From an uncultured Bacteroidota bacterium (lineage in GTDB: Bacteria > CLD3 > SB21), in assembly GCA_964544475.1 (NCBI GenBank), contig CAZJBS010000007.1:43741-107740 (forward strand): DNA of 64,000 nt, in the 5' to 3' direction. Shown here in pieces: positions 1 through 10,379 of the stretch. A program made the translations under genes and the position numbers. The notes under the pieces are model-generated. The model did not search any database and was not told where the DNA came from. It worked only from the letters and a program-made list of their open reading frames with translations. The first letter of the stretch is position 1. Each line of letters starts with the position of its first letter.

Positions 1-2357
1 GTCAGATCCGTATCCAGCAAAAGGTCGGTCATCCCGACGACGCCGTTCATCGGCGTTCGGATTTCGTGGCTCATCGTGGCGAGGAATTCCGCTTTGGCAA
101 CCGACGCTTCTTCCGCCGCTTCGCGGGCCGCTATGAGCGCCTGTTCCGCCGCCTTTCGCTTGGTGATATCTTCCTTGACGGCAATATAACTCGTGAGCGT
201 CCCGTCGGACTCCCTCAACGGAGAAATCGTCGCGGACTCCCAGTACATCTCACCATTCTTCTTACGGTTGCAAAATTCACCCCTCCACGTTCCGCCGGCG
301 GTTATCGTACTCCAAAGCTCCTCGTAGACATGCGCGGGCGTCCGGCCCGACTGAAGCACGGACGGGTTCTTGCCCACCACCTCTTCCGGTGTATACCCGG
401 TCAATTCGCAAAACCATGGATTGACGTAGGAGATGAGTCCTCCGGTATCCGTGATGACGACGGACACGGGAGACTGTTCGACCGCCCGGGAGAGCTGATT
501 AATCTTGATTTCGGCCGATTTTTGATCGGTGATATCCGTGGCATTGACGACGACATAGGGATCGGCTCCGGCAACACACATGCCTTTGACCAACAGGTTG
601 CGCCACGTTTCGTTCGAATGACGCACTCGTATTTCAACAATGTGCGTGCTGCCAGGTTCGGCAATGGCCGCCATAAGGGTCGCACGGGCCATGGCCTGAT
701 CGTCCGGATGAATCAGTTCAAAGGCGCTTCGCCCGGTCATTTCTTTCGGCGTCAATGCCAGCGTGCGATCCATCGACGGGCTGTTGTAGGAGATCGTGGC
801 GTCCATATTCAGCACGACGACGATATCCAGCGAGTTGTCAATCAGGCTGTGGTAGTACTTTTCCCTCGCCGCCAAAGCGGACTCGGCGTTCTTTCGTTCG
901 GTCGTATCGTGCAGGATGCCGTCGATGCGCACAGCCTTCCCGTCGCCGTCCTGCATCAGTTGCATGAAGGCGGTCACCCATCGGATCTCACCGTCCGGCT
1001 TCGTGACACGGAATTCCATATGGCTGATGCCCGATTCAAAAAGAGCCGTTTCTCCGGACCTTACGATGCCCGCATCGTCCGGATGAACGAATTCGCGCAA
1101 GTGGAATGGCTTTTCGGCCAATGCCTCGATCGGACGGCCAAGAAGTCCGGCCGCGGAAGGACTGAGATACAACAGCCTGTCGTCCCCGGGTGACACCGAC
1201 CAGATCACATCTTTGATCGTATTGAGGATGCTGTGGAATTTATTCTCACTTTCGCGCAATTTCTCCTCCATGAGCACACGAACCGTAATGTCGCGGGCGG
1301 CACACTGCAGATGCGTGATCCGGCCGTCGTTCAGAAACAACTGGGCGTTTTGACCGATCCAGATTTCATCCCCATCGGCGCCGAGGATGGGGAATTCCAG
1401 ATACGTTTTCGCGATGCGGCGGCGGAACTGGTCGGTGTAGAATTCCGCCACGGCATTTCTATAGGATGGCGCCACATGATCCAGGTAGCTCGTACCGATC
1501 AGTTTTTCTCTGGTTAAGCCGGTCATTTGAAGTGCCACGGCGTTGACGTAGGTGAAACGACCCCGGTCGTCAGTACGAAAAATGAGGTCATCCGCCGATT
1601 CGACGAACTGCCGGTACTTTTCTTCGCTGGCTTTCAAGGCCGACTCCGCATTCTTTCTATTCGTGATGTCCCTGTAAATGCCATAAATGCCGACCACTTC
1701 ACCGTCAAATAGTATCGGCGTCCCGAGGATGGATACGTCGACCAGAGAACCGTCCTTGCGCCGTCGTGTCGCCTCCAGGGTCACCTCCCGTCCGTTCATG
1801 ATGTTCTGATTGATCTCTATCGATGTGTCTTCCATACCTATCGGAACGACCAATTCCGAAATGTGACGGCCAATCGCCTCGTCGATCGTGTAACCGTACA
1901 GATTCGTGAATTCCCCGTTGATCCGGACCACATGAAAACTCTCGTCGAGAATAACGATCGCCTCCGGGGCATGATCGATCAGTTGTTCAAGGTAGGCCGT
2001 TTTGACTTCGAGGGATCTCAGCGCTTCGTGCGATTTCTCCGTTTCATGCCGGAGGGCGGCTTTGTGGTCCAGAAAACTCAGAATGCAGCGGCTGATGTCT
2101 CCGAATTCATTGTCCGTTTTAGAAAGCGCCGTCAAAACATCGGGATTGTCGTTTTTAAGACTATTCGAAATACGGCTCAACGGCTCATTGATCCACCGGT
2201 TCGTCAGAAGAACGACTACAAACATGACGGCGACGGAAACGGCCGCAACCGGAATGACCTCCTGACCGGTTGGACTGACGATATGTGTAATCAGGCCGGC
2301 CAGAAACATGACGCCCATCAGCAGAAGGAGAATGAGTATTCTGAATTGTATTTTCAT
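1..2357 (-). CDS. Multi-PAS/PAC membrane sensor histidine kinase, N-terminal ~785 codons only (catalytic C-terminus lies beyond window start)
   Basis: Own reverse-complement translation from ATG at 2357..2355 is stop-free down to position 1. It begins [21 protein letters not shown] with two N-terminal TM helices, followed by repeated PAS/PAC-like blocks each ending in motifs like [10 protein letters not shown] / [13 protein letters not shown] HisKA H-box ([24 protein letters not shown]) sits at the window edge. It is absent from the ORF track because the ORF is open at the edge; track ORF 66..1193(+) is its antisense shadow. Confidence 0.8.
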   Translation of the reverse strand, partial: MKIQFRILILLLLMGVMFLAGLITHIVSPTGQEVIPVAAVSVAVMFVVVLLTNRWINEPLSRISNSLKNDNPDVLTALSKTDNEFGDISRCILSFLDHKAALRHETEKSHEALRSLEVKTAYLEQLIDHAPEAIVILDESFHVVRINGEFTNLYGYTIDEAIGRHISELVVPIGMEDTSIEINQNIMNGREVTLEATRRRKDGSLVDVSILGTPILFDGEVVGIYGIYRDITNRKNAESALKASEEKYRQFVESADDLIFRTDDRGRFTYVNAVALQMTGLTREKLIGTSYLDHVAPSYRNAVAEFYTDQFRRRIAKTYLEFPILGADGDEIWIGQNAQLFLNDGRITHLQCAARDITVRVLMEEKLRESENKFHSILNTIKDVIWSVSPGDDRLLYLSPSAAGLLGRPIEALAEKPFHLREFVHPDDAGIVRSGETALFESGISHMEFRVTKPDGEIRWVTAFMQLMQDGDGKAVRIDGILHDTTERKNAESALAAREKYYHSLIDNSLDIVVVLNMDATISYNSPSMDRTLALTPKEMTGRSAFELIHPDDQAMARATLMAAIAEPGSTHIVEIRVRHSNETWRNLLVKGMCVAGADPYVVVNATDITDQKSAEIKINQLSRAVEQSPVSVVITDTGGLISYVNPWFCELTGYTPEEVVGKNPSVLQSGRTPAHVYEELWSTITAGGTWRGEFCNRKKNGEMYWESATISPLRESDGTLTSYIAVKEDITKRKAAEQALIAAREAAEEASVAKAEFLATMSHEIRTPMNGVVGMTDLLLDTDL

Positions 2358-2695
2358 GCGCACTCCATTTGGACTTCCTCCGGTATACATCAAAAAGCAT
2401 GCTCAAAGAAGCCCCACGAGAAATAGCTAATAATTAATGAGTTACATTCCATGAATACGCGCTGAAAATGGGTAAAGATTTGCCCAGGTATGGCATTTGG
2501 CCATAACAAAAAAAGTACTTTCAATCGCGGTTCTTTCATGGTACATTGACCGCGTCGTCGTTTCGTTTGTTCTCACGAGCATAGGCCGGGGGTGGTTCTA
2601 ATGCTATCAGTCACGGGTTCTTTCTGCAAAATCCTCTTCTTGTCTGGGAAGTGTTCCCCGTCCAGTTCGTGTATCCGAAATAAACTCCTTCATCC

Positions 2696-5600
2696 ATGCG
2701 AAGGAGCCGGCCTGTGAAGCCACGCCCGCACGAATCGCCACCATCCGTCTGGATGCTGGTTACTATCTTTCTTTGTCTGGCTACGGGCTTTTCGGCCATT
2801 GGCTATGTGTATTATCGTACCGAACGCCAAAAAGCCCTCACGGCAAAACAGGACGAATTGGCGGCGATTGCCGATCTGAAGGTACGGAGCCTCCATCAGT
2901 GGAGACGCGAGCAATGGGGTGACGCCAACCGCGTGACGTACCATCCGAGGCTGGCCAGGCAGGTGGCGCGGGCGCGGGCGGCGAGCCATACATCATCCGA
3001 CGTTCATGAAGTCACACAATGGTTGAAATCCATGCGTGACTACGAAGAATTCGCCACGATCATGGTGTTGGATGCCGCAGGGAAATCGCGCCTCTGGATT
3101 CCGGGCGAAGATTCGATCCCGGGTCCTCTGGTACTCCGGCACTTGAGCCGGGTCATCCAATCAAGGCAACCGGAACTCATTGACATTCATGTGGGACCGA
3201 CCTCCGACGTTCACCTTGACCTCCTAGCGCCTTTGATGGATGACGAGGGGCAAGATACCATCGTCACGGGCGTTCTTCTTTTCAGAATCGACCCGCATGA
3301 TTTCCTGTTTCCTATGATTCAGACCTGGCCGACAAAAAGCCCGACGGCCGAGACTTTGATTCTGCGAAAGGAGGGAGACAGCATTGTCTTCATCAATGAA
3401 TTGCGCCACACCAATGCGCCGGCTCTGAGCCTGCGCTTTCCCATGACGGACCTGGCAAGGCCGGCGGTTCAGGCCGCGCTGGGCCGCGAAGGTGTTTTTG
3501 AAGGTACCGATTATCGGGGGCACGCCGTTTTATCCGTTTTGAGAAGCGTCCCGGACAGTCCATGGTTTCTGATCGCCAAAGTGGACATGGAAGAAATCGA
3601 TGCCTCTACCCGTCAGATCGGAATCACGGTGTGGCTCACGGTGACCCTTCTTATTTTGATCGCCGGCCTGATGATCGGCGTGCTTTGGAGAAACGCCAGC
3701 GCCCATTTTTACCGTCAACTTTACGAATCCGAAGCGGGCAGACAGGCCCTGGCGAGCCACTATGAATATCTGGTCAAGTTCGCCAACGACATCATCCTCC
3801 TGACCGACATGGACGGCCATATCCGTGAAGCCAATGACCAGGCCTGCGCGTGCTATGGATACGTTCGTGAAGAACTCCTGCGGCTGAACCTGAACGACCT
3901 CCGGGCGGAACGAGATCGGAAGGAACTAACGACAATGATGCGGGAATTGGAGGCGAGTGGAGGAAAGCGTTATGTGGTGTGGCATATGAGGCGGGACGGC
4001 ACGGAATTTCCCATCGAGGCCAGTTCCAGGACCATCCGGGTGGACGGGCACGTTTTCTTCCAGAGTATTATCAGGGACATCTCTGAAAAACAAGTCGCCG
4101 ACGAAGCGCTCCAGACAAGCGAAGCGCGTTATCGCGGTCTCTTCGAGAACATGTCGGAAGGGTTTGCCTACTGCCGGATGCTTTTCGAAAACGGCATCCC
4201 AACCGACTGGATATATCTGGCGGTCAATGACGCCTTCGAGTCCCTGACCGGATTGAAAAACGTGACCGGCAAACCGGTGTCTGAGGTTATTCCCGGCATC
4301 CGGCAATCCGATCCTGGTCTGTTTGAGATGTACGCCGACACGGCCCGGAACGGCGTCGCAAAAAAATTTGAAGTATTCGTAGAAGCCCTCCAGATGTGGT
4401 TTTCCATATCCGTTTATTCGCCGGAACCGGACCATTTTGTCGCGGTCTTCGACGTTATCACCGAACGTAAACGCGCCGAGGAGACGCTGCGCCGCAGTGA
4501 ACATAAATTCTCGATTATGTTCGAAAAGGCCGCCTTCGCCGCCTCGCTTTCACGACTGTCCGATGGTCGTCTCGTCGACGTCAACGAGGCCTTCGAACGC
4601 GATTTCGGATATTCCAAAGCGGACGTGGTCGGCAAAACGTCTTTGGAACTCGGGATCAATCCCAATGCGGCGGAACGCCAACGGGTCCTGGACATGCTGA
4701 AGGCACGCGGCAAAGTGCGTGACGTGGAAATGTCGTTGCACACGATATCCGGCAGCATCCGCTCCTTTGTCGTCAATATGGACATCGTTGACATCGGAGA
4801 AGAGAAATTCATACTGCAAACCGCCAATGACATCACGGACCGGAAAAACGCCGAACGGGAGGTGAAGGTCAGGGATGAACTGCTTCGTATGACGAGCCAA
4901 ATGGCCAAAGTCGGCGGATGGGAATTTGACACAGCGACGATGCACGGCACATGGACGGATGAAGTGGCGTTGATCCACGACTTGGATCCGCATCAGCCGA
5001 CCTCCGTCGAGTTGGGCGTCAGTTTTTATACACCGGATTCCAGGACCAAAATTGAAAAAGCCATTCAGGAAGCCATCGCGGAGGCCCGCCCGTACGATCT
5101 TGAGTTGGAGATGATCACGGCCAAAGGCATCCACAAATGGGTGCGGTCGAGCGCTTTGCCGGTCGTGGAAAACGGCGTCGTCGTTAAAGTGAAGGGCATC
5201 TTCCAGGACATTACGGAACGCAAGCTCGCCGAAGAGGAGATTCACAGTCTAAATGTCCATCTTGAACAGCGCGTCCGCGAAAGGACAGCGCAGCTGGAAG
5301 CAGCCAACAAGGAACTGGAAGCGTTTTCCTATTCGGTTTCCCATGACCTGCGGGCGCCCCTTCGCAGCATCGACGGATTCAGCCAGGCCCTGCTCGAGGA
5401 TTACGGTGAAAAACTGGATGATCATGGCAAAGACTATCTGAGCCGCGTCCGACGGTCCACCCAGCATATGGGCGTATTGATCGACGACATGATCAATCTT
5501 TCGCGGGTTACACGGCAAGCCATGAATCTTACCGAAACCAATCTGAGCCGGCTCGCCGATGGCATTGCCGCCGATTTGCAAAAATCCGACGGCCGCCGAA

Positions 5601-5980
5601 GGGTGACGTTTGCGATTTCTCCCGGGCTGATCGCGCGGTGCGATGAACGGCTGATGGGGATCGTGTTGAACAACCTCATCGGCAATGCCTGGAAATTTAC
5701 GGCCAGGGAAGCCGATGGCCGGATTGAATTTGGAAAACATACCAAAGACGGTGTGCCGGCGTTCTTCGTCAGGGATAACGGCGCCGGATTTGACATGAAC
5801 TACGTGGACAAACTTTTTGGCGCTTTCCAGCGTCTGCATCCGACGGCGGAATTTCCGGGCACCGGCATCGGGCTGGCGACTGTGCAACGCATCATACGCC
5901 GGCACGGGGGCCGGGTCTGGGCCGAGGGGAAAGTCAACGGGGGCGCCACTTTTTCATTTACACTGGGACAAGATGATTAG
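2696..5980 (+). CDS. PAS/PAC multi-domain sensor histidine kinase (HisKA + HATPase_c)
   Basis: Track ORF of 1094 aa with an N-terminal TM segment (VWMLVTIFLCLATGFSAIGYVYY) and several PAS/PAC blocks. HisKA H-box FSYSVSHDLRAPLRSIDGF is present. HATPase N, G1 and G2 boxes are present (NNLIGNAWKFT, DNGAGFD, GTGIGLATV). An alternative start GTG at 2714 is preceded by AAGGAG at 2700-2705. Confidence 0.85.
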   Translation: MRRSRPVKPRPHESPPSVWMLVTIFLCLATGFSAIGYVYYRTERQKALTAKQDELAAIADLKVRSLHQWRREQWGDANRVTYHPRLARQVARARAASHTSSDVHEVTQWLKSMRDYEEFATIMVLDAAGKSRLWIPGEDSIPGPLVLRHLSRVIQSRQPELIDIHVGPTSDVHLDLLAPLMDDEGQDTIVTGVLLFRIDPHDFLFPMIQTWPTKSPTAETLILRKEGDSIVFINELRHTNAPALSLRFPMTDLARPAVQAALGREGVFEGTDYRGHAVLSVLRSVPDSPWFLIAKVDMEEIDASTRQIGITVWLTVTLLILIAGLMIGVLWRNASAHFYRQLYESEAGRQALASHYEYLVKFANDIILLTDMDGHIREANDQACACYGYVREELLRLNLNDLRAERDRKELTTMMRELEASGGKRYVVWHMRRDGTEFPIEASSRTIRVDGHVFFQSIIRDISEKQVADEALQTSEARYRGLFENMSEGFAYCRMLFENGIPTDWIYLAVNDAFESLTGLKNVTGKPVSEVIPGIRQSDPGLFEMYADTARNGVAKKFEVFVEALQMWFSISVYSPEPDHFVAVFDVITERKRAEETLRRSEHKFSIMFEKAAFAASLSRLSDGRLVDVNEAFERDFGYSKADVVGKTSLELGINPNAAERQRVLDMLKARGKVRDVEMSLHTISGSIRSFVVNMDIVDIGEEKFILQTANDITDRKNAEREVKVRDELLRMTSQMAKVGGWEFDTATMHGTWTDEVALIHDLDPHQPTSVELGVSFYTPDSRTKIEKAIQEAIAEARPYDLELEMITAKGIHKWVRSSALPVVENGVVVKVKGIFQDITERKLAEEEIHSLNVHLEQRVRERTAQLEAANKELEAFSYSVSHDLRAPLRSIDGFSQALLEDYGEKLDDHGKDYLSRVRRSTQHMGVLIDDMINLSRVTRQAMNLTETNLSRLADGIAADLQKSDGRRRVTFAISPGLIARCDERLMGIVLNNLIGNAWKFTAREADGRIEFGKHTKDGVPAFFVRDNGAGFDMNYVDKLFGAFQRLHPTAEFPGTGIGLATVQRIIRRHGGRVWAEGKVNGGATFSFTLGQDD

Positions 5981-6042
5981 GAACTCAATTCCGTGGGCTG
6001 TGACACCCGCGACCTGCCCAGAGCTGCCTGCCGTAAGCTTGT

Positions 6043-6100
6043 CGAACCCCACCCTTGCCCTCCCCTCGAAGGGGAGGGTCGCGGTGGGGTTGACCGGCGC
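6043..6100. repeat. Copy 1 of a ~55-60 nt G/C-rich palindromic intergenic repeat (cgaa-CCCCACCCTTGCCCTCCCCTCGAAGGGGAGGGTCGCGGTGGGG-TTGACCGGC)
   Basis: Read directly from the sequence. The inner part is a 9-bp stem / 3-nt loop hairpin (ccctcccct cga aggggaggg). It is nested in an outer stem ccccaccc / ggtgggg. It is about 96 percent identical to the copy at 6362-6418. Confidence 0.6.
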
Positions 6101-6282
6101 GCGGACATCTACCGCTCCCCGAGTGGGCTGCCGAAGGCAGACCGTATCGAGGGGAGCGATGGCTTGGCGAGCACGCTCTGTTGTCACACCCGCGGGTGTC
6201 TCATTCGTTGCGGAACTGTATTCAGGTTCCTGCCAAAAGACATTCGACGGCATGAAGTTCCACGTTGAGGTGAAGTGCCATT

Positions 6283-6314
6283 GCACTTTCTCTTGTTGCG
6301 CCAAGAGAAAGTGC
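6283..6314. other. Perfect 13-bp stem hairpin (gcactttctcttg ttgcgc caagagaaagtgc) inside the HK-RR intergenic region
   Basis: Seen in sequence. No T-run follows, so it is not a classical intrinsic terminator. A perfect 16-bp palindrome gacacccgcgggtgtc also lies at about 6184-6199 in the same region. Confidence 0.4.
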
Positions 6315-6361
6315 CAAAGCGTGTCAGCCTGTGGGCTGGAGAAGGCGCTAATACACGCGCC

Positions 6362-6418
6362 GAAACCCCACCCTTGCCCTCCCCTCGAAGGGGAGGGTCG
6401 GGGTGGGGTTGACCGGCT
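6362..6418. repeat. Copy 2 of the same palindromic intergenic repeat
   Basis: ccgaaaCCCCACCCTTGCCCTCCCCTCGAAGGGGAGGGTCGGGGTGGGGTTGACCGGC. It lies about 318 nt downstream of copy 1 in direct orientation, and both copies share the flanks cgaa... and ...ttgaccggc. Confidence 0.6.
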
Positions 6419-6489
6419 CAGCGCAAGCTGCGGGACCAACAAAAAAGCGCGACAATTCTTGTCACTATTTAACGAAATGAGGAGATCCT

Positions 6490-6930
6490 ATGGCGGACAA
6501 AATCATACTCCTGGTCGAAGACAACCCGGACGATGCGGAGTTGACCATACGGGCGCTCAAAAAGAGCAACGTGGCCAATCGTATTGTGCTGACTCAGGAC
6601 GGCGCGGAAGCCCTGGACTACCTGTTTGCGACGGGTTCGTATGCCGGCCGGGACGTGCGCGATCAGCCGGCGGTGGTCCTGCTGGACCTGAAACTGCCCA
6701 AACTGGACGGCCATGAAGTCCTGAAACGCATTCGCTCGGATGATCGCAGTAAGTTCATTCCCGTGGTCATCCTGACGTCGTCCACCGAAGAACAGGATCT
6801 CGTCCGCGGATATAGTCAGGGCGCCAATAGTTTCATACGCAAACCGGTCGACTTCGTACAGTTTGCCGAATCGGCCCGGCAACTGGGCCTTTATTGGCTC
6901 GTTCTGAACGAAACCGTTTCATCCAAGTAA
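6490..6930 (+). CDS. Single-domain response regulator (CheY-like receiver, Rcp1-like)
   Basis: 146 aa beginning MADKIILLVEDNPDDAELTIRALKK, with phospho-acceptor context VVLLDLKLPKLDG and a conserved K in IRKPVDF. GGAG lies 7 nt upstream of the ATG. Confidence 0.85.
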   Translation: MADKIILLVEDNPDDAELTIRALKKSNVANRIVLTQDGAEALDYLFATGSYAGRDVRDQPAVVLLDLKLPKLDGHEVLKRIRSDDRSKFIPVVILTSSTEEQDLVRGYSQGANSFIRKPVDFVQFAESARQLGLYWLVLNETVSSK

Positions 6931-6947
6931 TACGAAATGAGGGTATC

Positions 6948-9900
6948 ATGAACTCCAGAAAGCAACTCTCAGTTTTGATGGTCGAGGACTCGCCGGATGA
7001 TGAAGCGCTTCTCCTTCGCTTTCTCGCGAAGAACGGCTATGATGTCCATGTTAAACGTGTGGACAGTGAACCGTTATTCCGGACCGCCCTGGCCGAACCT
7101 CAATGGCAGATCATCCTGTGCGATTTTGCCATGCCGGCTTTCAGCGGCCTGAGGGCCCTTGAGATGGTCCAGGAAATGAAAATCGATCTGCCGTTCATAT
7201 TCGTTTCCGGTACCATGGGGGAAGGGACGGCCGTCGATGCCATGCGGGCCGGCGCCCACGACTATGTGGTCAAGGGCAATCTGCAGCGCCTGGCGCCGGT
7301 CATCGAGCGCGAACTCCGCGAAGTCGAAGTCCGGCGCAAACAACGCCAGGCCGAAGAGGATCTTGTCCTGCGCAACGCCGCTTTGGAAGCCGCGGCCAAT
7401 GCGATTGTGATCACCGACGCCGATGGCACTATCCAATGGGTCAACCGTGCTTTTGCTTCACTGACGGGTTATGACTCGCGGGAAGCCATCGGCCACAACC
7501 CGCGTGAACTTCTGAAATCCGGGGCGCACGAACGGACCTTCTATGAAGAAATGTGGAACACGATTCTGGCCGGCCACGTCTGGCGGGGCGAGATGATCAA
7601 CCGCCGCAAGGACGGGACGTCCTACTACGAAGAAATGACGATCACACCGCTTTCCGACGATCACCAGCGAATCACTCATTTTATTGCGGTGAAGCAGGAC
7701 ATCACCGAACGTCATCGAGCGCAGGAGGAACTGAATAAGGGAGCTTCTTTACTACGGGCCACACTCGAATCAACGGCCGACGGCATACTGGTCGTGGATC
7801 GTGAGGGCCGTATCACGGGTTACAACGAGCGATTCCTGGAACAATGGGGCATTCCGAATTCTGTTATTTCGTCCGGTGACGACAACGAGGCGCTGTCCTT
7901 TGTCATGGATCAACTGAAAGATCCGGAATCCTTCATTGAAAAAGTGAGGGCATTGTACGCCCATCCCCGGCAGGAAAGCTTTGATCTGATTGAATTCAAG
8001 GACGGAAGAATCTTCGAGAGGTATTCGCGCCCGCAGCAACTGGGCGATCAACTGGCCGGACGGGTCTGGAGCTTTCGTGACATTACCGAACGAAAACGCT
8101 CCGAAGAGGCCCTGCTCCTCAGCGAGCATCGCTTTTCTACCGTATTTCGCAACAGCCCCATGGCTATTGCGATCACGCGATTGTCCGACAATCAATTGAT
8201 CGATGTCAACGACGCCTGGTCCGACATCACCGGATTTACGAGAGAAGACGCCGTAGGACAGTCGGCAACAGATCTCAAAATATGGGTCGATCCCACCGTC
8301 AGGGAGCAGGTTCTGTCAAGACTTGCGAAAGAGAATATTGTTCGTGGATTGGAAATCAAGGTCACCAACCGCAAGAAGGGAACGATTCACGACCTGCTTT
8401 GGTCCGCTGAAATGATTGATATCGGCGGAGAGGCTTGTATGGTGTCGATGGCGCTGGATATTACCGCAAAGAAGCAGGCTGAAACAGCGCTTAAGGAAAG
8501 CGAAGAACGCTACAGGAACCTCATCGAAAGCGCGCAGGACGTCATCGTTACGGTTGATGCCCGGGGAGTTATTACTTCCCTCAATCCGGTTTTTGAATCG
8601 ATCACAGGATGGTCCTGCACAGAGTGGATTGGCGAGCCTTTTCAAGAATTGGTGCATCCCGATGACTTACATCCCGCCACCGACAATCTTTTCTCTGTCA
8701 TGAACGGGCATACGATATCCAATCTCGAACTTCGCGTACTTTGCAAGGACGGCTCATATCGCATCAGCGATCTCCGGTTGTCGCCCATCAAAAAGGGGCA
8801 CGATATTTTGGGCGTATTCGGGATAGCCCGGGACATCACGGAGCGAAAGAAGGCCGAGACAGACCTCAAGGCGAGTGAAGAAAAATACCGGAGTTTCTTC
8901 GAAAACGATCTCTCCGGCGATTTTGTATCCACGCCCGACGGAAAACTGCTCGACTGTAACATCCAGTTTGCGCGTATCTTCGGATATGAGACGGTCGAGG
9001 AAGCCCTGGCTATGGATGTCGTCTCCCTGTATCCCCATCCCGAAGACCGGCAGAAACTACTGGACCGGCTTGCCACTGAAAAACGGCTTGACAGGATTAC
9101 GTCGGAACTTCGCCGCCGTGACGGATCGCCGGTGTACGTCGTGGAGAACCTCGTCGGCTTTTTTGATGAAAGCGGCCGTCTCACGCAACTGATGGGTTAT
9201 CTGATCGACGAAACTCACCGGAAATCGCTCGAAAAACAGCTCGTTCAGGCCCAGAAAATGGAAAGCATCGGCACTCTCGCCGGCGGTATTGCCCATGATT
9301 TCAATAACATCCTGGGCATCATCCTCGGTCATGTTTCTCTGATCAAGCGCAAGTATGCCAGCGATGAGTATATCACGTCCAATGCCGAGACGATCATTAC
9401 GACAACTCAGCGCGGCGCGGCCCTCGTCAGGCAATTGCTGACGTTTGCGCGAAAGGGCGAAGCGAAACCGGGTTCCATCCTGATTCATGAGATCATGCAG
9501 GAAACCAAGAAACTGCTGGACGAGACCTTCCCAAAGATCATCGCCATCGACGTGCATTTTGAGAAAGACCTGCCACCCATCATGGCCGATCCAACCCAGA
9601 TGCACCAGGTTTTCATCAATCTTTGTGTCAACGCGCGCGACGCCATGCCGTCGGGCGGCCGCCTGACCCTGTCCGCGGATCTGGTATCCGGACGTACGGT
9701 GAGGGATCGCTTTCCCGCCGCTCTCTCCTCCGAATATGTGCGGATTTGTTTTTCCGATACCGGCGTCGGTATGGACGAGACGACAAGAAACCGTGTTTTC
9801 GAACCCTTTTTCACCACCAAAGAGCGTGACAAAGGCACCGGGCTTGGACTGTCCGTTGTTTTTGGCATTGTCGACGCGCACCAGGGTCACATCGACGTCC

Positions 9901-10376
9901 GAAGCGAACCCGGGCAGGGCACGACGTTCGATGTTTTCCTGCCGGTCCATCAGCATTTTGTTGAAGCGCGTGAAAAACAGGAACAAACCGGGGAAGCGGC
10001 AGGCGGCCACGAAACGATTCTCGTCGTCGATGACGAGGAATTCATGATCCGCTTTTTGAAAATGATCCTGACGGAAAAGGGGTATCGTGTTCTGACGGCG
10101 CCGGACGGCAAAACGGCGTTGGCGCTGTATCAGGAGCGTCGTTCCGATATCGCCCTTGTGCTGACGGACATGGGACTCCCTCAAATGACCGGCGATGTGT
10201 TGTTCCGTGAAATCCGCTCCATCAACCCCGCGGCCAGGGTCATCATTGCCAGCGGTTTTTTTGAACCGCATCAGCGCTCGGAATTGCTCAAGGAAGGCGT
10301 GGATGAACTCGTGCAGAAGCCCTTCGTGCCGGACGTCATTCTGGGCAAGGTGCGCGAAGTGATCGACCGGAAATGA
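6948..10376 (+). CDS. Hybrid sensor histidine kinase: N-terminal REC, multiple PAS/PAC, HisKA, HATPase_c, C-terminal REC
   Basis: The track ORF starts at TTG 6894 and overlaps the upstream gene. An internal ATG at 6948 (MNSRKQLSVLMVEDSPDDE) has GAGGG 8 nt upstream and starts a receiver domain. H-box AGGIAHDFNNILGIILGHVSL is present. ATP-lid motifs are DTGVGMD and GTGLGLSVV. The C-terminal receiver reads ETILVVDDEEFMIRF...VLTDMGLPQMTG...KPF. Confidence 0.85.
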   Translation: MNSRKQLSVLMVEDSPDDEALLLRFLAKNGYDVHVKRVDSEPLFRTALAEPQWQIILCDFAMPAFSGLRALEMVQEMKIDLPFIFVSGTMGEGTAVDAMRAGAHDYVVKGNLQRLAPVIERELREVEVRRKQRQAEEDLVLRNAALEAAANAIVITDADGTIQWVNRAFASLTGYDSREAIGHNPRELLKSGAHERTFYEEMWNTILAGHVWRGEMINRRKDGTSYYEEMTITPLSDDHQRITHFIAVKQDITERHRAQEELNKGASLLRATLESTADGILVVDREGRITGYNERFLEQWGIPNSVISSGDDNEALSFVMDQLKDPESFIEKVRALYAHPRQESFDLIEFKDGRIFERYSRPQQLGDQLAGRVWSFRDITERKRSEEALLLSEHRFSTVFRNSPMAIAITRLSDNQLIDVNDAWSDITGFTREDAVGQSATDLKIWVDPTVREQVLSRLAKENIVRGLEIKVTNRKKGTIHDLLWSAEMIDIGGEACMVSMALDITAKKQAETALKESEERYRNLIESAQDVIVTVDARGVITSLNPVFESITGWSCTEWIGEPFQELVHPDDLHPATDNLFSVMNGHTISNLELRVLCKDGSYRISDLRLSPIKKGHDILGVFGIARDITERKKAETDLKASEEKYRSFFENDLSGDFVSTPDGKLLDCNIQFARIFGYETVEEALAMDVVSLYPHPEDRQKLLDRLATEKRLDRITSELRRRDGSPVYVVENLVGFFDESGRLTQLMGYLIDETHRKSLEKQLVQAQKMESIGTLAGGIAHDFNNILGIILGHVSLIKRKYASDEYITSNAETIITTTQRGAALVRQLLTFARKGEAKPGSILIHEIMQETKKLLDETFPKIIAIDVHFEKDLPPIMADPTQMHQVFINLCVNARDAMPSGGRLTLSADLVSGRTVRDRFPAALSSEYVRICFSDTGVGMDETTRNRVFEPFFTTKERDKGTGLGLSVVFGIVDAHQGHIDVRSEPGQGTTFDVFLPVHQHFVEAREKQEQTGEAAGGHETILVVDDEEFMIRFLKMILTEKGYRVLTAPDGKTALALYQERRSDIALVLTDMGLPQMTGDVLFREIRSINPAARVIIASGFFEPHQRSELLKEGVDELVQKPFVPDVILGKVREVIDRK

Positions 10377-10379
10377 CCG

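Noticed and set aside
66-1193. 375-aa plus-strand track ORF
   Set aside because: It is Arg/Gly-rich and low complexity, and exactly antisense to a stop-free PAS histidine-kinase reading frame I could translate on the minus strand. It is a GC-rich shadow ORF.
2490-2510. tggcatttggccata resembling a sigma54 -24 element upstream of the 2696 kinase
   Set aside because: The spacing gives cataa rather than TTGC at -12; no -12 GC is present.
5817-6716. 299-aa plus ORF and 162-aa minus ORF (5954..6442) spanning the HK-RR intergenic region
   Set aside because: Both overlap the flanking real genes in other frames. They are driven by the G/C-rich palindromic repeats (PCPPLEGEGRGGV appears twice because the repeat is translated twice) and are low complexity.
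9057-10271. 404-aa minus-strand track ORF (and 7074..9184 minus ORFs)
   Set aside because: It is antisense to the well-supported hybrid kinase 6948..10376. It has Arg/Gly/Asp-rich composition and no motifs.
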